Notes: generated by a model from the sequence alone, not told the origin. A stretch of 64,000 nt of DNA from Candidatus Omnitrophota bacterium (GCA_018830005.1 JAHJTE010000003.1:7674-71673), one strand, 5' to 3'. Numbered from the stretch's first letter, positions 11,185 through 21,576 are shown. Numbers and translations are program-made.

Positions 11185-12432
11185 TTACGGTTTCATTGAA
11201 AATATCTTCTTAGCGATATTCGGATGACTAGAGATAAATTTTAATTCATCTTCGGTTAGCGGCTTTTGATTATGGACATTGGCATAGCGAACAAGTTCCA
11301 GAATTTTTGTTGCCTCTTTATCATTTTCGAATTTTATCTCTAGTCTTTCGTAGACATTGCGGAATCCTTTGATGCCTGAGTATTCTCCTGCGGTGATTTT
11401 TCTGCCTGTCTCAACTATATCTGGCTCGCCTCTTCCCAATTCCTCAAAATCAAACAATTCATAGTTGCGTCTGTCTTTTAATGCGCCGTCGGCATGAATT
11501 CCGGATTCATGCGCAAAGGCATTTGCCCCAATCCCCGGCTGATTTATAGGAATCGGAACCCCTAAGGCATAAGAGGTATAAGTGCAAATCTTCCAAGCCA
11601 TTTTTAAGTTAATACGCTCATCCAAGACATATTTTCCTGAAATACCGTTAGCGTATTTAATAGCTAAGATTATACTCACAAGGTCAGCATTACCAGCGCG
11701 CTCTCCCATGCCGTTAACACAGGTATTTATATAAGCGTCAACACCAGCATCAATTGCTGCCATAGCTCCTGCAACTGAATTAGCTATAACCATTCCTAGA
11801 TCATTGTGACAATGTACCTCGATTGGCATCTTAACTCTGTTTGCAATTAATTTTATTCTATCATAAATAGTAAATGGCGATTCACAACCTAACGTATCAC
11901 AATAGCGTAAGCGCTCCGCCCCTGCAGCCTTAGCCGCCTGTGCAAATTCTAATAAATAGTCTATATTGGAACGTGATGCATCCTCAGCATTAACACCGAT
12001 ACTTTTAGCGCCTAATTGCTTTGCGAGCTTCACTGATTTGACCATCTCGGTTATTACGCCTTTATGGTCAAGTTTTCCCCTGAACTTATGGATAATCATC
12101 TGATCACTTGTTGAAATAGAAAGATTAACATAACGCAATCTGGGGATATTGCCAAACGCAGCCCTCACATCAGAAGACGTTGCCCGTAACCAGCCGCTAA
12201 GCCGAATAGGAGATAGAACCTGCGAAGATGCTAATTCTAAATTTGCACTTAGATAATTCTTTTCATGATTTGTAACCGGAAAACCGAATTCGGACTGAAA
12301 TACTCCTATCTGATTCAGATAAACATTAATCATTGTCTTCTGCAGCTTAGAAAGACATATGCGCGAAGTCTGCACGCCATCACGATTAGTCACATCAATA
12401 ATATAAATTTTTGGCTTTTTCATATCCATCAC
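11185..12432 (-). CDS. HMGL-like 2-isopropylmalate/homocitrate/citramalate synthase family protein
   Basis: IIDVTNRDGVQ N-terminal motif, HxH metal ligands, 415 aa without the LeuA C-terminal regulatory domain. Confidence 0.75.
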   Translation of the reverse strand: MMDMKKPKIYIIDVTNRDGVQTSRICLSKLQKTMINVYLNQIGVFQSEFGFPVTNHEKNYLSANLELASSQVLSPIRLSGWLRATSSDVRAAFGNIPRLRYVNLSISTSDQMIIHKFRGKLDHKGVITEMVKSVKLAKQLGAKSIGVNAEDASRSNIDYLLEFAQAAKAAGAERLRYCDTLGCESPFTIYDRIKLIANRVKMPIEVHCHNDLGMVIANSVAGAMAAIDAGVDAYINTCVNGMGERAGNADLVSIILAIKYANGISGKYVLDERINLKMAWKICTYTSYALGVPIPINQPGIGANAFAHESGIHADGALKDRRNYELFDFEELGRGEPDIVETGRKITAGEYSGIKGFRNVYERLEIKFENDKEATKILELVRYANVHNQKPLTEDELKFISSHPNIAKKIFSMKP

Positions 12433-12450
12433 CTGTAATGAAGCGCCTAA

Positions 12451-14031
12451 TTATAATTTGATGAGGCGCACTTTTTTAATATTTTTATTTTTCTTAAGTT
12501 GTGAGATTATTTTATCTGAAATCGGGCTATCAATATTTAAAACAGTAATTGCCTCACCACCGGCTGATTCCCTGCCGAATGTCATGGAGGCTATGTTTAT
12601 ATCATTCTTTCCTAGAATTGTTCCGACCGCACCTATAATGCCTGGTCTGTCGATATTATCTATTACAAGCATAAAACCAAAAGGTGAAATCTCAACATAG
12701 AAGTCCTTTATTATCACAATCCTTGGTTGCGCATTTTCTGAAAGCGTACCAGAGACCTTTAGTTGACCCTTATCCGTTTTTATTGCCACTTCGATTAAAT
12801 TAGTAAATCCTTCAACGCGATTAGATTTTGTCTCATTTATCTTTATCCTGCGCTCTTGGGCTAATGTTAAGGCATTTACGAAATTAACATTGTCTTGTAA
12901 GACCAAAGAAAGAATCCCCTTTGCTATTGCTAATGTCAATGCCTTCAAATCATATTTTACAATCTCACCGCTGTAGGCTATATTTACTTCTTTTATTCTC
13001 CCCTCTACCATCTGGGCCGCAAAAGAGCCTAATTTCTCAGCCAGGATTATGTAAGGATTCATTACCTTGCATACCTCAGCCTCTAGACAGGGATAATTAG
13101 CAGCATTGCGAATTCCGCCTCCGCATAAAGTATCCCTTACCTGCTCAGCAATTTGAACAGCAACATTAACCTGTGCCTCAGCAGTTGAAGCGCCTAGATG
13201 AGGAGTAAGAACGCAACCATCTAAATTAATAAATTCTTTATTGTCTGGTGGCTCTTTTACGTAGACATCCAAGGCAAAACCGCCTATTTTACCTTCTTTA
13301 ACTGCCGTAATAAGTACCTTCTCATCAACTATACCGCCTCTGGCACAATTAATGATTCTAACGTTTTTCTTCATCAGCTTTAAAGATTTAGCTGAGATAA
13401 TATTTCGAGTCTCATCAGTCAAGGGCGTGTGTACGCTAATGTAATCGCTACGGGAAAATAGTACTTTTAATTCTACTAGCTCAACCCCTGACTGCCTTGC
13501 CACCTCTTCCGATAAAAATGGATCGTAGGCAATTACTGTCATCCCAAAGCTGAGCGCTCTCTTGGCAACCTCACTTCCAATCTTACCCATACCAACAAGC
13601 CCTAAGGTCTTGCCGTAAAGTTCAATGCCCATAAATTTGGAACGATTCCAGTCACCCTTTTTCATAGAGGCATCAGCAGAAGCTATATTCCTAGATAAAG
13701 AAAGTATGAGACTCAACGTATGTTCAGCTGTCGAGATGGTATTTCCGGCAGGAGTATTCATAACAATGATACCTTTCCTATTGGCAGCCTGTAAATCTAC
13801 ATTATCAAGACCCACGCCGGCTCTACCTATTACTTTAAGTTTTTTGGCTGCATCAATAATATCTTTGGTAACCTTTGTAGAACTTCTTACAATCAAGGCG
13901 TCATAATCTTTAATAATGCTTTTGAGTTCCTTTGGAGAAAGGTCTGTTTTAACGTCAACCTTAAAGCTTTTTTCTGAATTTAAAATCTTTAAACCTCTTT
14001 CAGCAAGTTTATCGCTGACTAAAATACGCAT
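12451..14031 (-). CDS. serA: D-3-phosphoglycerate dehydrogenase with C-terminal ACT domain
   Basis: 2-hydroxyacid dehydrogenase NAD-binding GxGxxG (GLVGMGKIG), 526 aa with ASB/ACT tail. Confidence 0.9.
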   Translation of the reverse strand: MRILVSDKLAERGLKILNSEKSFKVDVKTDLSPKELKSIIKDYDALIVRSSTKVTKDIIDAAKKLKVIGRAGVGLDNVDLQAANRKGIIVMNTPAGNTISTAEHTLSLILSLSRNIASADASMKKGDWNRSKFMGIELYGKTLGLVGMGKIGSEVAKRALSFGMTVIAYDPFLSEEVARQSGVELVELKVLFSRSDYISVHTPLTDETRNIISAKSLKLMKKNVRIINCARGGIVDEKVLITAVKEGKIGGFALDVYVKEPPDNKEFINLDGCVLTPHLGASTAEAQVNVAVQIAEQVRDTLCGGGIRNAANYPCLEAEVCKVMNPYIILAEKLGSFAAQMVEGRIKEVNIAYSGEIVKYDLKALTLAIAKGILSLVLQDNVNFVNALTLAQERRIKINETKSNRVEGFTNLIEVAIKTDKGQLKVSGTLSENAQPRIVIIKDFYVEISPFGFMLVIDNIDRPGIIGAVGTILGKNDINIASMTFGRESAGGEAITVLNIDSPISDKIISQLKKNKNIKKVRLIKL

Positions 14032-14192
14032 TGCATCCTCCGCATCTTAAAATTTACAATGAAAGACCCTAAATCTATATCGTATCCAAGATATTCTACG
14101 ACAATTCAGAAGAAAAAGCAACAAAATCAGTAAAATTAGTTCTAGTGGATTGAATTAGTAACGGAATGATCAAAACCAGGAAAGTCGCCTAA

Positions 14193-14699
14193 TCAGTTAG
14201 ACTCACTTTTAGAAGACGTCCTTTTTGATTTCAATTTCCTCATTGCCCCAATCCTTCTATACCAAGGAAGATAATCAATTAATAATCTCCCCTTTAGATG
14301 ATCAATCTCATGCTGTATAACTACGGCCAAAAGATCTTCTGCAGAAAGCGTAATCTTCTGATTGTGTTCATTAAGGGCTTTGACCTTGATTTTCTTTGCT
14401 CGCTTTACCTTGACTCTGATTTCCGGCAAGCTCAGGCATCCTTCTTCTATTGATTGAGAGCCTTGGGCCAGGCAAATCTTAGGATTGGCTAATTTCAATG
14501 CCTTATCTCCTAAATCGACCACTAACATCTGTTTATTTAAACCTACCTGGCAGGCAGCAAGGCCCACGCCGCCTGCTTCACGCATCAAGTTGACCATCTC
14601 TTGGAAAATGCGCTTTTCCTCATCTGCCACCTCTCTAATCGCAACGCACTTTTTGCGCAAGATGGAATCACCGTATATCTTTATCTGCATAACCATCAC
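14193..14699 (-). CDS. def: peptide deformylase
   Basis: GxGLAAxQ, EGCLS and HEIDH motifs. Confidence 0.93.
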   Translation of the reverse strand: MMVMQIKIYGDSILRKKCVAIREVADEEKRIFQEMVNLMREAGGVGLAACQVGLNKQMLVVDLGDKALKLANPKICLAQGSQSIEEGCLSLPEIRVKVKRAKKIKVKALNEHNQKITLSAEDLLAVVIQHEIDHLKGRLLIDYLPWYRRIGAMRKLKSKRTSSKSESN

Positions 14700-14787
14700 C
14701 TAATATAAGACTCTTTATAATATCACTCTTTTAGTATTAGCACAATGGGAATAGCTAAAAAGGAAGGATATAACTCTTCATAACAAG

Positions 14788-17700
14788 TTAGCCTTGGGAC
14801 TTATTATCTTTTGAGTGGTTCGCCCTTACAGTAGCATGGTGGACTAACCTTAAAGTTATATCATCAACAATGGCATAGATACAAGGCATAACAATAAGGG
14901 TAAGAAAAGTAGCAAAAAGCAGACCCCAGGCCATTGTCAACGCCATGGGTTTTAGAAATGGGTCAGATCCGCCGATTCCATAAGCAACAGTACTTAAACC
15001 TGCTACAGTGGTCACTGTAGTAAGGATAACTGGCCGTAAGCGCAGGCTTCCTGCCTCCATAATAGAAATACGTCTGTCTACGCCTTTCTTCCTCATCTTA
15101 TTGATTACATCCACAAGGATTATGGAATCATTTACTACAATACCAGCCAAGCCTACTAACCCGAGTAGCACAAAGAAACTAAATGGCTTTCCATGAATAA
15201 GAAGCGCAACCACTACCCCAACTATACCATAAGGAATAGTAAGCATGACCACAAATGGCTGGATCAAGGAATTAAACTGTGTTGCCAGAATCAAAAATAT
15301 GAGAAAGAAGGCAATCCAGAATGCCTGCATGAGGCTATGCATAGATTTCATGGTCTCTTCAGCCTCACCGCCAAAGACTAAATTATATCCCGGATATTTA
15401 TTAGATATTTCCTTGAACCTCTTGGCAACTAATTCGTTTGCCTTGCTGGAAGTAATATTTTTATTATCTACTGCCGCAGTTACTGCTATATTGCGCCGGC
15501 CATCCAAATGCGTAATAGTACGCATCCCCTTTTGTCGGCTGACGCTTGCTACAGCAGAAAGCCTTACTAATTTACCTTTTTCATTAACTACAAGGAGGTC
15601 TTTAAATACATTTAAATTATTACGTTGTGCTTCAGGCAAACGCACCAATACCTTTATTTCCTCCTCGGCCTTTGAACGGGTAATCGTCGAGGCCAGTCCG
15701 CCGCCAAAGGCATTGCGTATACTTTCTGCAACCTGACCTAGAGTTAAATCTGCCTTAAGTGCCTTTTCTTCATCAATGCTAATCTGTAACTCATTTACGC
15801 CTAAATCATAACTGTCATTAATATCATAGACGCCTTTTAAGGTCCCTAAGTACTGTTTGATCTCGCTAGCTATCTCTAAAAGTGAATGGTAGTCATCTCC
15901 ACGAATGCTGATATCAACTGCCTTTCCTACAGGAGGGCCTTCCTTAAGCTCTCTGAAATATAACTTCTCTAATCCAGGCAGCTTTTCTTTCAACTCCTCC
16001 AACTGAGGCCGCAGACTCTCAACAATCTCTTTAGCAGTCTTATCGCGCTTTTGCGCTGCTGTAAGATAGACCATGATTTGAGCTAAGTTAGTGCCCTCTT
16101 TTTGCTGTGGATCAAATCCGCTCTCTTCAGTAAGGACACCGATCTGGGTCTCGTAAGTATCCAAATATTCCTGCGGCATCTGGCTAACAAAGGCCTCAAC
16201 TGGCTGGATAAGATCCTGCATACGCTCTAAAGATGTTCCTTCCGGTGCCTCCGCCCGAATCATAAACTGCTCAACTCCTTCTGAACCAAAAAGGATAAAT
16301 GGAACAAAGAACTTAGCAATGACTAGGGCACTAATAAAGACTACAGCCATGCCTATGGCAACCTTATAGCGATAGACAAGTGCCCTAGCCAAAAGTCCCT
16401 TATAACTCTTTAGTAAGAACTGGAACCATCTCGAATCTTTTTTTGCCGCAATTTTACCCTGTTTATCTTTTTTAAGCGGCCTCATAAAATCACTCAAATG
16501 GCTTGGCAAGATTAAAAACGCCTCAATCAGGCTTGCGCTTAAAGACAGGATGATTACAAGCGGTATTGCCCTAATAAACTTACCTAATATTCCAGTCATA
16601 AATAAAAGGGGCAAGAATGCAGCAATGGTAGTCAATACAGTAGCGGTGACGGGGGCTATGACCTCACTTGTTCCTTTAATCGCCGCCTCTTTAGGAGGCA
16701 TACCTGCTTCAATGTAGCGATAGACATTCTCTGAAATTATTATACCGTCGTCTACGAGTATACCTAAGACAAGAATTAAACCAAACATGGTGATAAGGTT
16801 AATGCTCATACCCAATAAATTCATTATCCAGAAAGTAGCAAGCATTGCAATGGGTATGCCCATTGTGGTAAAGATGGCTGTGCGCGGATGCAGGAATAAA
16901 AAGAGTGTAAACAGGACAAAGAAAAATGCGATTATGCCGTTTGACCGAACTACATTAAGACGCCTTCTGATATAATAGGAAAGGTCATAAAAGGTAGAGA
17001 CCTTTACATTCTCTGGCGCATTAATCGCAAAAGCAGTAATTTCCTTCTTAACATCATCCACAATATTTATCGCATCTGCGCTTTCACGTTTTATAACCGT
17101 TAAGGTGATTGCGCGACTGCCCACTACCCTATTAATCTCGCGTTCATCTTCAAATGTATGGCGTACCTCGGCAATATCTTTAACCCGCAGCCAGTTTCCT
17201 AAATCATTAGCCCTGATAACGCTTTGCTCGATTTCACTTCTGTCTTTAAATTCTGCATCGGTCTTTATGTTAAACTCTATATCGCCATCAGTGAGCCTAC
17301 CTGCGGGCAGGGTTACGTTGCGCCTGGCAATAGCGTCCATAATCTCCTCAAGCGAAATATAATATTCTTTCATCTTGGAGATATCTGGTTCTACCCAGTA
17401 TTCCTCATCGCGCCATCCTAAACGCGAGACCTTAGCCACGCCATCAATATCCTCTAATCTTTCTTTGAGTTGATCAGCCGCTTCCCGAAGCTGAAATTCA
17501 TCTTCCGGGCCGCTTAAGGCCACCTTTATTACTGGAATCTGCTTACTGGAAATCTCTACTACCTGGGGATGTTGATCAACAGCTTTGGGAAAATCACTAA
17601 CCCTATCTACTGCCTTCTGGATATCATCAACCACCTTGCTCTTATCCGAGGCATCAGGAGAAATCTCAATGCCGATGATTGAGGCGCCATCGATTGAACG

Positions 17701-17946
17701 CGAGCTGATACTATGCACGTTGTCGACCTCTTTAAGCTCCTTCTCTAACTTGCTAGTCAGGAGCCTCTCTACCTCTTTGGCCCCTGCGCCTTTATAGAAG
17801 GTACTAACAATAACAGTATCAAAAGAGACCTCTGGAAATGCCTCACGTCTTAAACTAAGAATCGAGAAGGTCCCGGCAATCACAAAAAAGACAGAAAGTA
17901 GATTCACAAACAAAGAATGTTTTACTGAAAACTCAGCGATTTTCAT
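14788..17946 (-). CDS. RND-superfamily efflux transporter (AcrB/HAE-type)
   Basis: 1052 aa, 12-TM layout with two large periplasmic loops; 1-bp stop/start overlap with upstream TolC-like gene. Confidence 0.9.
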   Translation of the reverse strand: MKIAEFSVKHSLFVNLLSVFFVIAGTFSILSLRREAFPEVSFDTVIVSTFYKGAGAKEVERLLTSKLEKELKEVDNVHSISSRSIDGASIIGIEISPDASDKSKVVDDIQKAVDRVSDFPKAVDQHPQVVEISSKQIPVIKVALSGPEDEFQLREAADQLKERLEDIDGVAKVSRLGWRDEEYWVEPDISKMKEYYISLEEIMDAIARRNVTLPAGRLTDGDIEFNIKTDAEFKDRSEIEQSVIRANDLGNWLRVKDIAEVRHTFEDEREINRVVGSRAITLTVIKRESADAINIVDDVKKEITAFAINAPENVKVSTFYDLSYYIRRRLNVVRSNGIIAFFFVLFTLFLFLHPRTAIFTTMGIPIAMLATFWIMNLLGMSINLITMFGLILVLGILVDDGIIISENVYRYIEAGMPPKEAAIKGTSEVIAPVTATVLTTIAAFLPLLFMTGILGKFIRAIPLVIILSLSASLIEAFLILPSHLSDFMRPLKKDKQGKIAAKKDSRWFQFLLKSYKGLLARALVYRYKVAIGMAVVFISALVIAKFFVPFILFGSEGVEQFMIRAEAPEGTSLERMQDLIQPVEAFVSQMPQEYLDTYETQIGVLTEESGFDPQQKEGTNLAQIMVYLTAAQKRDKTAKEIVESLRPQLEELKEKLPGLEKLYFRELKEGPPVGKAVDISIRGDDYHSLLEIASEIKQYLGTLKGVYDINDSYDLGVNELQISIDEEKALKADLTLGQVAESIRNAFGGGLASTITRSKAEEEIKVLVRLPEAQRNNLNVFKDLLVVNEKGKLVRLSAVASVSRQKGMRTITHLDGRRNIAVTAAVDNKNITSSKANELVAKRFKEISNKYPGYNLVFGGEAEETMKSMHSLMQAFWIAFFLIFLILATQFNSLIQPFVVMLTIPYGIVGVVVALLIHGKPFSFFVLLGLVGLAGIVVNDSIILVDVINKMRKKGVDRRISIMEAGSLRLRPVILTTVTTVAGLSTVAYGIGGSDPFLKPMALTMAWGLLFATFLTLIVMPCIYAIVDDITLRLVHHATVRANHSKDNKSQG

Positions 17947-19427
17947 TATAATTCATCCTTCCAGTATTTATCCAGTAACGTATTGCAAGCAACATCTAGA
18001 TCTATCAACTTTTCTTGGTAGTCGTAGATAGATTGCACCAGAGATAATTTGGCATTCAATACGTCTTCATGATAACTAATTAATGTATCACTATCAGACC
18101 TTCCAAAGCCAAAACGCAAATTTTCTGCTGCCAATTTTTTTGCCTCTAAACTAACAATACGTTTGCTGGTTATGGTCTTGCCAATGGCAATATTGACCTG
18201 CTTTACCTTATCATGTAGTTCGCTTACTATCTTCTTCTCTACTTTCTTAAGTAGGACAATCTGTTTTGCCTTCTCTAACTGGGCCTGCTTTAATTTTCCT
18301 CTAGCATCTCTGTTCTCTAAAGGAAGCGAGAATGAAATGCCAATAAAGGATTCCGGGTTATCTTCTTCTCCTATTAGCTTTGCTGCTGTGCCGAAATTGC
18401 TATCTACGCCATTTCGCTTGAATGAAGCATCCAAGTCGATCTCTGGCCATAAATTATTTTTTTTCATCTCTAAATTTATGTCTTTCTTTTCCAAGTGAAC
18501 CTTCTCTTCTTTGTAGTCCCGCCTGTTATCAATCGCAATTTTCAAGGCCTGGATAAGATCTTTTTTTTCAGGCAAGAATAACAATTCATCCTCTGTCCTG
18601 ATATCCATATCAAAGCTCTCATCATCAGCATTAATCTCAAGTAATAAATCGTCTCCAGCCAGATTAAGCAAATCATAGGCAGTCAATAGATCTGATTCTC
18701 GCTTTAAGACAAGGGTATCTATAGCAAAGATTTCCGGATCCTCCACTAAACCAACGCTATATTTGTTCTTATAAATAGAGGCTAGCTCTTGCGCCTTTTC
18801 TAGCATTTCCTTTTTTATTCTCAACTCTTCTTTTCTTAACACCAGTTTCCAGTAAGCCTTTTGCGCGCTAGATAAATATTGCTCAATTTTACCCAGGCTG
18901 GAATAATCAGAGGCCTTTATTTGCAATTTAGTTATCTTGACATCACCTCTATCAATAAGACCAAAGAAATTCTTTCCTAAAGACTGCTTAATAGAAAACT
19001 CCAGGCTCACATCATGGGAAGGATTAAGGCTGGCAAAAGTAGAATTACTAAAGCTGCGTACATCCTCTGCCTCTATACCCAAGGTGGTTCCAGTAGGCAA
19101 TTTCTTCTCCAGGCCTATATTTTTTTCTGAGGTTATTGCCTTAGAGCCAAAAATGGTACTTGTTCTTCCAAGTTGATCATCTGTATATCTAATATGGCCT
19201 GAAAGTATAGTGTCAAATATGGATTGAGTAATCATATCATCTGCCCGCTTGATATATGCATCTAATCTGGCAATCTGGATATCAAGATTATTATATAAGG
19301 CCAGGGCGCTGACATCTTCAATTGAAAGGTATAGAATATCCCTTATCTCCTCAGTCTCATCTGCACGAGAAGACAAAGAGAATATATGAATTACTGCCAA
19401 TGTTATAATAAAGATATTCCTAATCAT
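17946..19427 (-). CDS. TolC-like outer-membrane efflux protein
   Basis: Signal peptide, 493 aa, two coiled-coil/beta repeats typical of OEP family; operon position between marR and RND pump. Confidence 0.8.
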   Translation of the reverse strand: MIRNIFIITLAVIHIFSLSSRADETEEIRDILYLSIEDVSALALYNNLDIQIARLDAYIKRADDMITQSIFDTILSGHIRYTDDQLGRTSTIFGSKAITSEKNIGLEKKLPTGTTLGIEAEDVRSFSNSTFASLNPSHDVSLEFSIKQSLGKNFFGLIDRGDVKITKLQIKASDYSSLGKIEQYLSSAQKAYWKLVLRKEELRIKKEMLEKAQELASIYKNKYSVGLVEDPEIFAIDTLVLKRESDLLTAYDLLNLAGDDLLLEINADDESFDMDIRTEDELLFLPEKKDLIQALKIAIDNRRDYKEEKVHLEKKDINLEMKKNNLWPEIDLDASFKRNGVDSNFGTAAKLIGEEDNPESFIGISFSLPLENRDARGKLKQAQLEKAKQIVLLKKVEKKIVSELHDKVKQVNIAIGKTITSKRIVSLEAKKLAAENLRFGFGRSDSDTLISYHEDVLNAKLSLVQSIYDYQEKLIDLDVACNTLLDKYWKDEL

Positions 19428-19894
19428 TGTGTCTTCTTGTTTTCTTTTCGATGTTCTTCGGAAACAATAACGCTAATCTTCTCTAATATCCTCAAATATT
19501 CCTGCCGGTCTTTTTGGTCTAATTTGGAAAAAATACTCATAACTGCTGCCTTCCTTTGCTCCCTGATTTTCTTCACTAAATTCTCTGCCTTAGGAGTTAA
19601 TGCGATTCTGATAATACGCCTATCTTTTTTATCAAAAAGCCGTTTTACCAAGCCTATTTTATGTAATCTATCGACTAAGCCGCTCATTGCCGGAAGACTT
19701 ACCCCGATATGTATAGCTAATACGCTCATCTTTAAAGAGCCATAGCGAAAGATTAAATCTAAGACTATAAATTGAGGCAGGCTAACCTTTCCACGGAATA
19801 GATCATCTTTCTGTGTGCGCATTACTCCGCGCATGACCGCAGGCATAAGCTCTACAAATCTGCTTACAACTTCTTGTGTACTAAGAGTTTGCAT
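19424..19894 (-). CDS. MarR-family transcriptional regulator
   Basis: 156 aa winged-helix (LDLIFRYGSLKMSVLA...GLVKR), overlaps downstream tolC-like start by 4 bp. Confidence 0.85.
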   Translation of the reverse strand: MQTLSTQEVVSRFVELMPAVMRGVMRTQKDDLFRGKVSLPQFIVLDLIFRYGSLKMSVLAIHIGVSLPAMSGLVDRLHKIGLVKRLFDKKDRRIIRIALTPKAENLVKKIREQRKAAVMSIFSKLDQKDRQEYLRILEKISVIVSEEHRKENKKTQ

Positions 19895-19926
19895 TTTAAG
19901 CCCCTACTATAATTAATATTGCTAAT

Positions 19927-19959
19927 AGTTAATATCCTTAATTATTCTTGATATTAACT
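19927..19959. promoter_or_regulatory. candidate MarR operator: 9-bp inverted repeat AGTTAATAT-N15-ATATTAACT upstream of marR
   Basis: Perfect inverted repeat read directly in the sequence 33-65 bp upstream of the marR start in an AT-rich intergenic region. Confidence 0.4.
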
Positions 19960-20048
19960 ATACCTTATAGATGCCAAATTGTCAAGTCCTAAATTGGCTA
20001 TTTGTTTTTTTAGTTAAATTGGCTTGGGTCCAACCCAGAGGAAAGAAC

Positions 20049-21269
20049 TTAAGGAAGGTTTGAACTTAAACCTATATTAAGACCTTTAAAGACTCTTTCG
20101 AGTCTTGGCAAACTGAGGATATTCATATCTACTAAAACCTGACCTAAATGCATATTAGTATTCCAATGCCTTAAGAGCGCACTTTCCAGCTGTCGAGGAT
20201 TAATTAGTTTTTTATCTAATAATATCTGACCTAATGGCTTATAGCTCTTAGCCTTATTCTTGAGACGATTAGTTCGATGACTAGGCACCTCTTTATCTTC
20301 ATCAAAATTTTGTGCTTGTTCTTTGCTAGCTGTCTTTCTTCTATTGACCAAACTTCTGCTATGTTTGTGCTTTTTAAGATAGCTTTTAATCTCAAAAGCA
20401 ATCTCAACGAATTCAATCAAATTATTAATATTTCTATGTAAATTATTTACGATAGCGATAGATAACCCCATGAGGGGAAAATTGATTATCTTTCCTAATC
20501 TGTCCTTGATTCTTATAAAGCCTTTGTTTCTATCCAGGACAGAGTAGTGAAAAAGGATAAGCTTATCAAATTCATCAATAATGAATCGTGCAATATTTGT
20601 TTCGCGCTGCGGCTGCGTTATGACAACAAAATCATCGCCGCCAATATGAAATAGGAAATCCTCGCCCTGGCCAAATTGCTTAACCGCGGAAGTGATAATA
20701 TGAACTGTCTGCATAATAACCGCATCTCCCAACTTGTAACCATACTTATCATTAAATGATTTAAAATTATTTATATCACAATATAGAAAAGAAAGCGTCT
20801 GTTTAGCCGCTAATTTGCCCTGCACAGTCTTCTCCAACATTCTACTGCCTGGTAATTTTGATAAAGGATTGGCGAAAAATTGATGCTCCGTCCTTCGCAA
20901 GGCCATCTCTATACGCACCTCTAGATCAATTGGATCAGGAGGTTTAGTCAGATAATCATCAAGACCCTGCTCAATCTGTAAAATATCCCGACGCACATTC
21001 TTTTTTCTGATCATCAATAAGAGTGGTATGTGCGCATTATGATAATCAGATTTTAATAACTTAATAACTCCAAAGCCATCAAGACCAGGTAAATCACAAT
21101 CAATGATAATCAAATCAGGTGCAACTCTTGATATAAGCTCGAATGCTGAGGTTCCATCTTTAGTCCAGAGGACATCATATCCCCAACTCTTAATTAACAT
21201 GATAATAATCTCAGCGCAATTGGTATCGTTTGAAGCTAATAGAATTTTTTTACCTTTTGACTCTACCAT
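20049..21269 (-). CDS. response-regulator receiver + GGDEF-family domain (GGDDF variant) + C-terminal MshEN/T2SSE_N-like domain
   Basis: N-terminal REC (DLIIIDCDLPGLDG, phospho-Asp context), central GGDEF fold (DPLSKLPGSR..., HIGGDDF at about 20621-20645), C-terminal tandem LGQILLDKKLI...QLESAL / LGQVLVDMNIL...RLERVF motifs resembling the c-di-GMP-binding MshEN N-terminal domain of GspE/PilB ATPases. Confidence 0.7.
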   Translation of the reverse strand: MVESKGKKILLASNDTNCAEIIIMLIKSWGYDVLWTKDGTSAFELISRVAPDLIIIDCDLPGLDGFGVIKLLKSDYHNAHIPLLLMIRKKNVRRDILQIEQGLDDYLTKPPDPIDLEVRIEMALRRTEHQFFANPLSKLPGSRMLEKTVQGKLAAKQTLSFLYCDINNFKSFNDKYGYKLGDAVIMQTVHIITSAVKQFGQGEDFLFHIGGDDFVVITQPQRETNIARFIIDEFDKLILFHYSVLDRNKGFIRIKDRLGKIINFPLMGLSIAIVNNLHRNINNLIEFVEIAFEIKSYLKKHKHSRSLVNRRKTASKEQAQNFDEDKEVPSHRTNRLKNKAKSYKPLGQILLDKKLINPRQLESALLRHWNTNMHLGQVLVDMNILSLPRLERVFKGLNIGLSSNLP

Positions 21270-21291
21270 AATTAAATTAATGGATTTAAAA

Positions 21292-21576
21292 TCAAGAGAT
21301 TGCTTGTAATGAAGAAATTAAATTCTTTATATCCGGCAAATGAGTAAACAGAAAAGAACAAACAAAAATAATATAAAGCGAGGATAAAATAATAGCAACA
21401 AATGCAATTTTTCTTCCTCTTTGACTATTCTTTTCTTTAGAACGAAGGGCGAGAATAGCAAAAACAATGGCAACTAACGCCTTCTCAATCCCGAGAAGTT
21501 GTACAAATGAGGCAAGTGCAATAACAAGAGAGGCTTGAGCGAATTCATTTACCTTGATATTTCCTGTATCAATCAT
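21292..21576 (-). CDS. small hydrophobic membrane protein (hypothetical)
   Basis: 94 aa, three predicted TM helices, located between two REC genes. Confidence 0.4.
   Translation of the reverse strand: MIDTGNIKVNEFAQASLVIALASFVQLLGIEKALVAIVFAILALRSKEKNSQRGRKIAFVAIILSSLYIIFVCSFLFTHLPDIKNLISSLQAIS

Noticed and set aside
20621-20645. Reading GGDDF as an active diguanylate cyclase site
   Set aside because: The fourth-position Glu of GG(D/E)EF is normally required for catalysis. With Asp there, activity is uncertain, so I did not assert cyclase activity and only call the domain family.
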